The position numbers and the translations under genes were made by a program. Below the pieces are notes generated by a model. It searched no databases. It was not told the DNA's origin and worked only from the letters and a program-made list of their open reading frames with translations. From the NCBI GenBank assembly GCA_030704615.1, contig CM060732.1, positions 80,104,001 through 80,168,000 on the forward strand: a DNA stretch of 64,000 nucleotides, written 5' to 3'. This document shows positions 50,197 to 61,130 of this stretch, piece after piece. Source of the DNA: Takakia lepidozioides (taxonomy: Eukaryota; Plantae; Bryophyta). Numbering within the stretch: the first letter of the stretch is position 1; each line of letters begins with the position of its first letter.

Positions 50197-51420
50197 TCTC
50201 ACATTCCATCAGCTGCAGGTGCACAATGAAGGGTAGAACATGGAACACTTATCTAAATACAATCATCTACAGGGTTTCCGCCATATACAGAGCGTTCACA
50301 ACCGCTCCAATGTTAGTATCACAACCTTTCAATTTGGGCTGTCCAAATACTGCAAAGCAGTGGGACAATTGCCCCTTAAGGCCTCAAAGCGCTATACATC
50401 AAAAAGTGTCTGTATCTCATTTCTCTCCCTTGAACAATCGTCAATTGAAAGGGAGGTAGAAATCACTGCCAGTGCCACAGCAAGAACGATAATACTCGTC
50501 ACTCAGTCAGCTTTGTTGTTGTGTATATCACTACAAGACAATCTGTTGTCGGGCACCAGTGGCAACTGGGTGGAGGTGATACAACTGTTTTTGAGATGAT
50601 CTCAACATACGAGTTCAACAGTCCCATTCGGACAGCACAGCTTTGTCATATGACTTTGAAAAAAAGAAGTTTCAGTGCATGTACTCAAAACCTAATTTGC
50701 TAGGCTACGTGTACTCCTCAATGTGTCAGGTGTGGGGTGAGCCCACCAAGAAAGAATATCATTCTCAAACCAATTGCCATGCTCATGCACAGCACGTAAC
50801 TATCGAGGGAGAGAATGTACTCATAACACATTGTTGCAGTAGCTTTGCGGACATAAACCCCAAGCCCAGATTCGGCAACAGACACTGCCTTTGTGAAGAG
50901 CTCACTCCAGTAGTGGGACTTACCGTGAGGTAAACAACAAACACCAATTATACGAGAGAGTAGAATGTACCAATGAGACATTTGCAGTTGCAGCAATGTT
51001 CCAGAGAGAAAGAGAGAGAATATACTCATGAGGCGTTGTTGCCATCGTAGCCTTGTTGTGGCCCAAGTGTTAAGCATGCAACTGCCCGCTTGAGTGGAGG
51101 GGCTGCCCCCAAGCAGTAGGGATCCGCGTGTTACCATTCAGAGACCATCACTCCATAGGAGCTGCAGGGAATGGCCTGTGTAGGCATATCCTAAAGAAGG
51201 AGACCCCTTCTCTCCAACTAAATCAAATGTACTACCTTTACTCAAAGCAATCTGGCATGTAGGGGAGGGGTCACAAGGCTGGTCTTGCTTCACAGAGACG
51301 TTAAACATCTACTCCCATGGGCAGGGACAGCGAGAGACAGAAAGGATCAGACCAAAGAACTTACATTTTACAAGCTTAACAATTTAAGTGTAAACAAGAC
51401 CATTGGTTCTTACATGCTTC

Positions 51421-54400
51421 TCAATAGTAGATGAGGGGTGGCATCTTTTTCGGTTTGGTCTTTTGGACAGTGTTGCATGTTGGGCACTTCTTGCTCTTTT
51501 TGAGCTTAGTCCAGATATTATGGGAACATGGATAGCAGACATTGCAATGCTTGCACTCTTCATAAAGAGCACGAAACCTTGTTTTGTCGAAAGCCTCAAA
51601 GCAGACAATGCACGTCAATTGACTTTCATCCAGCTGTTGGATATGAGATTCCTGCACCAGAAGCCACAACTTTGTTAGAAAGACTGCACCTACTTTCTTA
51701 GGACCGGGAAGGCGATGCATTAAATCGACATTAGTGCCTCCTCAAACTGTAATTGTGCTTCTCCCTGTTCACAGTGGCACTTTCAATGGTTACCAACATT
51801 TCGGTGGTGCAGTTCTTCCCCTACATACTATAAATTCCGTGAGATAAAATTAAGGGATCACATAGCATATTCTCCACAACAAGCCTATGTAATGTACACC
51901 ATGCAGTGCGGCCACAGGCATCTCTTGGAAGCTCTCATAGCAACATCTACATGCATATATGCATCATGTAAAGAACGAGAATCCTGCTGCATTACTCTAC
52001 ATGGTGAAGATCTCTTTTCCCCTCAGCCCTATCTCAATGGAACAAAGCTAATGCCCTCAATCCTTGCTGATGAGCAATTCAAAGTAGTTCTGAATGAGCC
52101 CCTTGAAATACCAATGTACTCAGCCTACGAGTCAATGTAACAACAGACAGATACTTAGGACATCCATGCATACATCACACACTTATACCTGCTCAGATTC
52201 TTGTTTCCGGCGGAGAGTTTCCGCCATGGCATCCTTGGCTTCTTTCTTCAGGGCTTCTTGCTGCGTCAATTGACTTTGAAGCAGCTCCTCTCTTTCCCTC
52301 TGCTTCTCAGTCTTCAACTGGCGCAGTGCAACAGAAATAAGTTACATACTTACCAGAACACACTGGAATGAGCATCGATCCCCTACCTGACACTTGAGGC
52401 CTAGTGTTTGTTTGGGAGCCACCAACCTTCATAATCTCTCCTTGCTGTTGTTCCTCGAGTTTTTTCTCCATGGCCTGCTTCTTCTCCTCCAGCTTTTGAA
52501 GCCTATCCTCAATAGCTGCCCGTAACTCTGAGTCCTGCTTCATTTGTTCCATGGCAAGCACTTGCCGCTGCTGTGCTAGTTTTTTCCTGGCAGAGCATTC
52601 CATTGTGTTAGATGCTGAAATTGGGGTCTACTTCCTGTTACGAACCAAAGCTTGCCAGTAGAGAGAACTGTACTTCTCTGCTGCCCTGTACATTAGGAGA
52701 GTAGAGTGTTGAGGCTGCTCATTCTTGGCAAAGGTATGAAGCTAGATCAGGCCACTACCTGAAGCACTCCCTCTTTGAGCAGAGATTTACAGCTGGAGGA
52801 GTTTGCTGATGTTTCTTTGTTTGTTACGAGGTTTATCCCATAAGCACTTCAGGCTTCCTCTGGACGTCGTAAGGTCCCTTCCTGTTTTCCTTTCTCTCTC
52901 TGTTTAAAGTACCGCTTCATTTCTGCTTTTCCCCTTAGATTTCCAAAATTATGCATGATCTATAATAATCTGGTTGCAGGGATCAAAATTTTATTTACAA
53001 GAGCTGTTGAGATCATACTAGAAAGCATAATATTGATTCAAGCATGGATCTTGTACCCGCTTATCTTTAAAACTGCAGCAAGTTTGACCATACTGTGGGT
53101 TTTGTGTAACTTACTGGTGATTTTCTAACTTTTGATTGATGCCCTCTTGCAGCTTGCTGACCTCCTTGGCCTGGACCAGGCTCTCCTCTTCCAATTTAGC
53201 TTTATACTCCTCCAGTTTCATTCGGACCGCCTCCTCTTTCTTCCGAGCCTCATGTTTTCGGGAGGAAATCTCTTGCCTGATGCTGGTTCTCCTCAGAATC
53301 AGCTGTTCCCAGATCTCCCATCACAGAAGTTGTCAATGAGCATGGCTTTACTAAGGTGCCCACCAAGTTACAGACCACAGACTGCTTTAAAACGAAAAAA
53401 GGAGTTTTGTAGTTGTCTATCGCATACAGATGCTTCTCAAAATGTATGCTTACGTCTTCTTTGTGTTTGTTTTGAGCCTTCTGCTCACGCTGTTTGCCAA
53501 CTTCAATCTCTTGGTCAATTGATTTGACCTTCTCACTCCACTCGCCGAAGCCACTGCGATTGACCTCAAGCTTTTGAGCTTGCTGCAGTTTTTCTCTTTC
53601 CAGTTCCATCAGCCTTGCCTGTGCCTCTTCTCTGACCTGCATGCATGCAATCTGTTAATACCTCTGAAATGTCCAGCACTAGGCCTTGTTCACAAAGGAT
53701 CAATAACAGACAAGAAATCAAAAGAGGAATGACCCCCACCTTTTGCCGTTGCTTTTTCGGGATTACGACTTTTTCATTATAGCTCTCAATTGACCACCGC
53801 TTGACAATCTTCCGATTAGGATCAATCTCCCGCATGTCCACTGGCGATGCAAGATACCCATATAGAATTCGTTTGCCATCCGCAGCCACCAGGTTGGGGG
53901 TGTCCCACCCTTGCATTGTCCACAGGTTCCTACCAGGGGGCTTCACCTGCACGAAGTCACATGGAGAGAAGAAAATGCCTGTCAGAACCAATGTAACTCA
54001 AAGCCCAAAGGAGGTCAAATCCTCTTCTGAGAGAATGCAGCGATTGGAGGGGGAAGCTGAGAGAATCGAGTTGTGATCGAGAGAGTGTTACTGGAAGGCA
54101 GAGATTATTATCAACCGAAGAAACACAGGATAATTGCAGAAAAGAGGATGATGCGCCATCCAAGGCAAGGGTAATGAAGTTCATGTGTGTGCGCATGTGA
54201 GACATACAGAGGAATAGCCTTACTTCAAGCCACGTCTGTCTCCCTCGACCATTTCGCTCCAACCGAGTGCTCAGATTTTCAGCATCCAGATACCCTTCGT
54301 CTGTTGATGGAAATGTCACAATACTTTTTCCTCTATGCCCATGTGGCCCATACAAACATAGGACCCGGCCGTAGTCCTGATCCTTCATGCTCTTAAGAAA

Positions 54401-55393
54401 ATGGCGAATCTCGTCATTCTCCAACCCCTTCCACTTCTTGCTCTCCTCATCAAATATCACCCGTGTGTTTTCAATGATTACTACTGGCGGCCAGGCAATT
54501 GACTTGTCCACAAACATTGTAGTTGCACCTGGACCTGGAAGAGCAGCCTTGATATCGCCAGCTCTCTCATCTTCCAATTTCCTTGGAGGGCATTGTACCT
54601 CCATCTCCCTGTAAGGTGAGAATCTTTGAGCATCCTTGGATAGAGATCTTTGCTTAGCCTTTCCATAATCCCCCTTGTCTCTCTCCCTTGAAGACGTTAC
54701 CTCCTGTCGTCCCGGGGGAGAGCAACTCCTATTTTTCTGTCTCGAATGCCTGCCCGGCTCACTTTGTGGCTCTGTTTCTCGCTGCGTGGAGTGCTTGCTC
54801 ATAGAGTCCCATTCCGACCCCTTGTCTCTCTGCCTTGAAGACCTTACCTCCTGTCGTCCTCGAGGAGAGCAACTCCTATTTTTCTGTCTCGAATGCCTGC
54901 CCAGCTCACTATGTGGCTCTGCTTCTCGCTGCCTGGAGTGCCTGCGCTTAGAGTCCCATTCCGCTCCCTTGTCACTCTCCCTTGAAGGCGCTACCTCCTC
55001 TCGCCCTCGTGGAGAGCAACTCCTATTTCTCTGCCTCGAATACCTGCCCAGCTGACTTTGTGGCTCTCTTTCTCGCTCCCTGGAGTGCCTGCGCTTAGAG
55101 TCCCATTCCGATCCCCTGTCACTCTCCCTTGAAGGCCCCACCTCCTCTCGCCCTCGTGGAGAGCAACTCCAATTTCTCTGCCTCGAATACCTGCCCAGCT
55201 GACTTTGTGGCTCTGTTTCTCGCTCCCTGGAGCGCCTGCGCTTAGAGTCCCGTTCCGCTGAAACATCCCTAGGGCGTTTGCGACCATACTTGTCATTTCT
55301 GAAGAGGTCCCTCTCTTCCTCCCTCCGTTCTTTCCTTAAGACAACGCTCTGTTCACCCCTCTCCTCCGCCGCAATTTTCAACGAAGACTGCAT
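51421..55393 (-). CDS. RS-repeat + SGS3-type XS domain + coiled coil + C-terminal C3HC4 RING protein
   Basis: Phase-compatible GT-AG exons at ~55393-54224, 53946-53740, 53636-53454, 53303-53115, 52587-52427, 52317-52189 and 51651-51421. XS motifs: WPPVVIIENT, YGPHGHRG, GYLDAE, RILYGYLA. RING: CIVC-x15-CKH-x3-CYPC-x13-CPTC. Confidence 0.85.
54672..55258 (-). repeat. Four coding tandem repeats of 147 bp (49 aa, Arg/Ser/Glu-rich)
   Basis: gagcaactcc recurs at ~54720, 54867, 55014 and 55161. The unit reads DSKRRHSRERE.EPQSQLGR.SRQ.NRSCSPRGR.EV..SRE.DKG.EW. Confidence 0.92.
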
Positions 55394-55897
55394 TGAACTC
55401 ACCTGAAAATATCGAATTGCATTGACCAAGACACAAACACGGGATTACAACGGTAGGCTACTCAGAACCTCTGATTCTATGCTCCAGCACAGCGTGTAAG
55501 TAAACGTAGCTCAAAAACCTCGTCAAACGCTACCGAAAAGAAGACAGAGAATCACCTGCGTTGCGACTGAGGAACGCTACCGTAAGAACTGAGATAATAT
55601 AATGACAGCAACACAACCGAGGAAGACAAGTCCCAGAGAGAGCGCGAGATCGCAAGAGAGAAACACGGGCCTTGTATTGTTGGCGAGACGAGCTTTCCCT
55701 TCGGTGGGACCGTGAGCCTCTACAGACCTAATACGGTGTCACTACTGCTGAAACCCGAGAAAAACCCTCTTGATTATGTTAGTACGGTGGAAACGTCACC
55801 CCTTCAAGGCGGCTACACGACGACAAAAATGCGGCGGGCCGTCTATATTTTTTCATCTAGTGGATGGATGGACGTTTGGTTCTTTGAAAATCACTGA

Positions 55898-56680
55898 TTC
55901 AATCGGCTATTTCCTTTGTAGTTTAAACGTGTAAACATTCCTCTGGATGAATTTCTGCGGACAGGAGCAAGGCATCCCCCAAAGTTGGATGTACATATGA
56001 CTTTCTACAGATGAAATTGTTGGCAGAAAGAGCAGATTGTAATTATAGTCCATGCAAGCCCTGCTGGCAAATTGTAATTATAAATTCAATCAGCTATTTT
56101 CTTTGAACATTTCTTTCTGGTTTGAACATTCTTCTGGATGAATTTCTGCGGACAGGAGCAAGGCATCCCCCAGAGTTGGATGTACTTATGCCTTTCTACA
56201 GATGAAATTGTTGGCATGAACAGAGAACGAGCAGATTGTAATTATAGTCCATGCAAGCCCTGCTGGCAAATTGTAATTATAAATTCAATCAGCTATTTTC
56301 TTTGAACATTTCTTTCTGGTTTGAACATTCTTCTGGATGAATTTCTGCGGACAGGAGCAAGGCATCCCCCAGAGTTGGATGTACTTATGCCTTTCTACAG
56401 ATGAAATTGTTGGCATGAACAGAGAACGAGCAGATTGTAATTATAGTCCATGCAAGCCCTGCTGGCAAATTGTAATTATAAATTCAATCAGCTATTTTCT
56501 TTGAACATTTCTTTCTGGTTTGAACATTCTTCTGGATGAATTTCTGCGGACAGGAGCAAGGCATCCCCCAGAGTTGGATGTACTTATGCCTTTCTACAGA
56601 TGAAATTGTTGGCATGAACAGAGAACGAGCAGATTGTAATTATAGTCCATGCAAGCCCTGCTGGCAAACTGTAATTATAA
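55898..56680. repeat. Tandem array of ~4 copies of a 199-bp unit
   Basis: ctggatgaatttctgcggacaggagcaaggcatcccc at 55943, 56134, 56333 and 56532. Copies 2-4 are essentially identical. Confidence 0.95.
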
Positions 56681-57159
56681 GTTGGTTGTGAAATGATTCA
56701 CATAATCTGGAAGTTTAAATGTTAAGTAAATGCATTTGTGATTGGTCCAGTATGCCTTTTTTTCTTTTTTTCTTTTTATTGCTTTCTTTGTTCCAGCCAA
56801 GCAAATGTTGAGTGGGTGAAGTAATCCATATATGATTTAGTTAAGAATTATGATATGTTGTGGGTTCCTTGAAGACGGAAGTGGTAGTTTGTCATGAACG
56901 AATCAGATTCAGCGCAGCAATTTTTTGCAAATAGTACGAATGGCTACCGCAAGAAATAGTTGTATATTATGTTCATCCATTGAAAATTAGGATAGAATCA
57001 TCCACCTATGTACTTTCATCCCTAATTTATATTTTATTTGGAGAAATTTGGCGATTTCATCCGTTAAAAAACAAGACAAAATATTCCATTTCGTTTTTGA
57101 GGTCAAATTTTGATGAAAATTCGCCAAGAAAATAAACGCTCATTCATCATTGCGTTTGT

Positions 57160-60125
57160 CAATATTGATATTAAGATCTCCAATGTAAATCGTTGGCCAA
57201 ATTTGTGGGTGCTTGATATATAAATATTGTAATGAATTTTACAAATGAGGTTTATATATTGCAATCACATGCATAGCTCTGCGGGAATTTAGATTGAAAG
57301 TCGCAGTGATGAATTATGCACCATTGTGTGTTTGAACTTTGTAATTTTGGAGCACTTGAGGTGGTTTCATTGTATAAAATTATCGTGTTGTGTCTATTGT
57401 AACTCACTAGTTTTGAGAAACGATCGATAGGTACATATAATGACCAATTTTGATTATATGGGATGTAAGCGGGTTTCATTTAAACACAATATATGAGATG
57501 TTTGTAGGTTGTAATTGTTCATAATGTCACAATAGTGATTGTGCATTAAATGAACATTTAACGATTGAGTGATTACGTGTGTGCGATGTAGCAATTGCAA
57601 ATTTGGCGTGGATAGTTCTCATCTGGCAGTCATTTGTAGTCTCTCTATTTTTTCCATGTATGGTATCATCCACATGAAAATTCTTGTCTTGTAGCATAGT
57701 TATGAGATATAAATTTGTTCTTGAGAAGGCTCTGTATATTAATCCGTGTTTCTTTACGGTTCTTGGATCAAATGAGAGACAATATGTGGTCAATCATTGT
57801 GTTGTGTGTATAGTACCCCTCTTGCGAGTTGAATTGGGAACTCAGTACGTTTTGTTACGTGGTCATGATGTGGGCCATTTGAAAGACCTCGTTTAAGCTG
57901 GACCGGCTCTGCTTCAGCTGGTGATCGGCATCCTTTGGCCTGCTGCAGGAGCACCCCCAAGATGATCACCCACCTCCAAAAGCACGAACGCTCTCATCAC
58001 CACATGAATTGAATTTCTTTGGTTTTGGTTGCAATTAGTGTCCAAGATTTGCATATATCGTTTTTGTTGTAATATTTGTGTGAATAAGAAGCTCGCGTTT
58101 CATGTCTTATTCATGCGTCCAAAAAATATATCCAAACCAAGCGGGTATGGCGGTGAAGTTGTGTCGAGTTTGAAAATCCCTTCAACTCCATTTATTAAAC
58201 CATCTTGAAACCATCTTGAAGATTACAATTGTCTCCATGTAAATATTCTACTAGCATGTTGGGTTTCACACACTGAAGTATATGTAAACCCGCAGTTTTG
58301 TTGGCATCTAAAGGAGATTTGATGTATGTAAGACACGAAGAATGATGGACGTCTATGGTTTTGAATGAAAACAATTGGTCCTTCAGTTCGATTGAAAATG
58401 GTTTCATTGTGTGGCTAAGTACGTGCACTTGTGACAAACAAATGAGGGAGTTTTGGATTTGTCACGGTGGTCTGTAGCATGGACTATTCATCTTATTAAT
58501 GTCATCAGTGTGGTGTGTGATGTTGTTCGAAATTGATTTAAGATTTCAACCGAGGAGCGTAGATACAAGCAGTCATCACGTTGTGCCCCACATGATATTT
58601 AGCCAAAAGAAAGTGTAGACCACGGAGGAGCAGAGCCCCTTGGCACCCGCTCTTTGAGAATAGAAGTTTCTGGATAGCTACCATGATAATTTGTGAACGC
58701 TGAAATGGACGGGAAAAGTGGACTGATGATGACTGGAGCAAGGTGTTCGCTGGACAGGACGAGATTCAAACGAAGACTGTGAAGAAACTTCTGAAGAAGG
58801 ACTCCCTGGATGCCAACCAACAAATCCACGACACGGAGGGTGTTGGAGACTTTTCTGTTGACGAATTTACCGTCATTGGCTTTGAACACTCCTTGCACAA
58901 TATTGGAATTGAAATTTACAATTGAAAATTTGTTCTAGCCACATTCCTTCTTGGGTCTTCTCTCAATCTCTCTCGCCGCTCGTGGATGGCAGCGTGCTCT
59001 CCGCGCTATGCAACGCATAGGAAGAGGCTATAACGAAGGGCCAGGTTTCTTCTCCATTGATACATTGGGCGGGAGGCCTCACAACATGCAGCATGCTATA
59101 GGGTCAGGCTATGGAGCTGAATTGCGTGGCCACCTTGGCAATGTCGGGCCAGCTCCTTGCCAGCGACGGCCGAGCGACTTCCCCAGCCTCCTGGGAAACC
59201 CAAGCAAGGTATGGAACTGGGGATTACATGTATCTTCTTTACATGAGAGAGATAGAAGAAGGATGCAAGCCTAGTATTAAGGCTTGTCCTTGGATGAGAT
59301 AAGCATTATGGTTGGCGACATTGAAGCGGATCGACAGGCTTGGATGTGGCTGTTTAGATTTTCTTTTCCCACAACGTATGAAGCAGAAAGCGATGATTGC
59401 TGCTATTAATCAATTTATCTCATGATATTTGTTAGTATGTAGCATCTCATTATATCATGCCAAAAATACACCGCATATTTATTTCATTTAGTCTTTATTC
59501 ATCATAGAGGAAAAAAAACGTGTTGGTGATGTAGAGTACACAATCCTAGATACGTCTTTTCCCCCCTTCTCAATCGTACCTCTCTCGATCTTCTTTTATG
59601 CTGCTGGCTGACACGGCCACTCTCCACATGCCACACCATTCCGCCCCCATGCCTCGCATCCGCCCATGCATCCATACCATTGGTGATCACTTGTTTTATC
59701 CAAGTATCTCTAACATGAGAGACTTGATAAAAAAAACTACCACTTACAATGACATCTAAATTTCCAAAATGTTTGTTATGTATGCGTTTCACAGAACGTA
59801 ATCTTTTGTCTATAAATGAAAACATGCTACAATAGAATATAAACATTAATTGTAATTTATCGTATTGTTTGATTAGTGTATCACGTTTATCATCAGTAAG
59901 CGACGTCGACTTTTTATGATTTTAAGGTATGTCTAAGCTTGAATGGATTGTGTTTCCTTCAATGTTGAATGTTGTTTTTTCCTATATATGTCATTTTTAT
60001 AAAAACTTGCCCTTTTCAGTCTTGCTAGTAAGGAATTTGATAAACTGAGATGCGGCATGAGAATCAATATCAGTCATGTCATCCCCCATACAACAACACA
60101 TCCAGTGATGAATAAATGCGTGGGC
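57160..60125 (-). mobile_element. Degenerate Helentron/Helitron: PIF1 helicase followed by AP-endonuclease, with internal insertions
   Basis: Minus-strand motifs: PTHLFITG, FNIEGNTIHSSLDIP, IDKRLRSVK...FGNLDVIVSG.FYQ..VRDTWI, NKTAGL...MLVE...DG, TKRTEFPIQLA and FDPRTVKKHGLIYRAFSR. These are followed by CSFNAQSL, VIAIYKP and IYIGDLNIN (endonuclease). Confidence 0.8.
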
Positions 60126-60410
60126 AAGTTCTAGAATTTGAAGCTGGTTCATAGCACTACTCTGTGGGGAGCCCCTTTCAAAGCATCAAACTTTACCAGT
60201 TTTCTCTAAGTACCAGACATTCGGATACAATTCACTTGCAAATGAAAGGAGACGATATTCCAAAACCATGATATTCATCATACGAAACCAGCTGGTCCTC
60301 AACTCAATTGCATTTAGACAAAACATTCTCTTTTTTTTCTTGGGAAGGATGAATCGAACAATTCCTTGCAAAGAGAGTAACCATACAAAGCTGCAAGGCC
60401 AGTAAACAGG

Positions 60411-61130
60411 TGTCATGGTTTTGTTTGTGATTAGTTAGAAATAGTTATTTCTAACCAATTAGGACATTATACATTTATATTTGTATTTTGTTGGCATTGG
60501 GACTTCATTTGGTTCCATGTGCCAAGTGAGGTGGTGAACCTCACTTGGGACGTGGAGAGGTTATCTCCACGTGAGACGTAGGCAGACTCGTCTTCTTCTA
60601 GTTGAGCCTCCCGAGGCCTCTCTCGCCGCCATAGCTCTAGTACTTGAGATGGAGAGTGGGTGAGGTCTGTATGGTGGAGTTGTCGTGCACCTAAGCATCG
60701 TGCCACAACATACATCGCTGTCCACCATACATTCTAAGCACACAATCCTAGAAAGCTATGCCACAATGATAATGGAAGTGAACACCCTCACCACACTCCT
60801 TCTCAATACCTAGAGCTATGGAGGTGGGAGAGGCTCGTGGAGGCTCAACTACAAGAAGATGAGCCCTCCTCAACACTCACAAGGGGAAAACCCATCCCCA
60901 TGTCCCAAGTAAGGTTTAATACCTCACTTGGCATGTGAGACCAAATGAAGTCCCAACACACAAAATACAAATATAAATATCCAAAATGTCCTAGTTAACT
61001 AGAAGTAGGTAATTCTAGTTAACCATGACTAAAACCATGATAGCTGTCGTGCACCTAAGCATCGTGCCACAACATACATCGTTGTCCACCATACATTCTA
61101 AGCACACAATCCTAGAAAGATATGCCACAA
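60411..61130. repeat. Nested LTR-like repeats: inverted pair (60411-60667 / 60785-61042) interleaved with an ~85-bp direct repeat (60681-60765 / 61045-61129)
   Basis: Alignment by eye. The direct repeat reads TGTGGCA...GCACGACA on the minus strand and follows the Gypsy PPT (aggggggcgat). Confidence 0.8.

Noticed and set aside
53957-54223. C-terminal tail of the 490-aa ORF
   Set aside because: Read-through into an intron after TWLE|gtaagg. The XS domain continues in the next exon.
55898-56680. Possible CRISPR array
   Set aside because: The units are 199-bp identical tandem copies with no unique spacers, and the context is eukaryotic.
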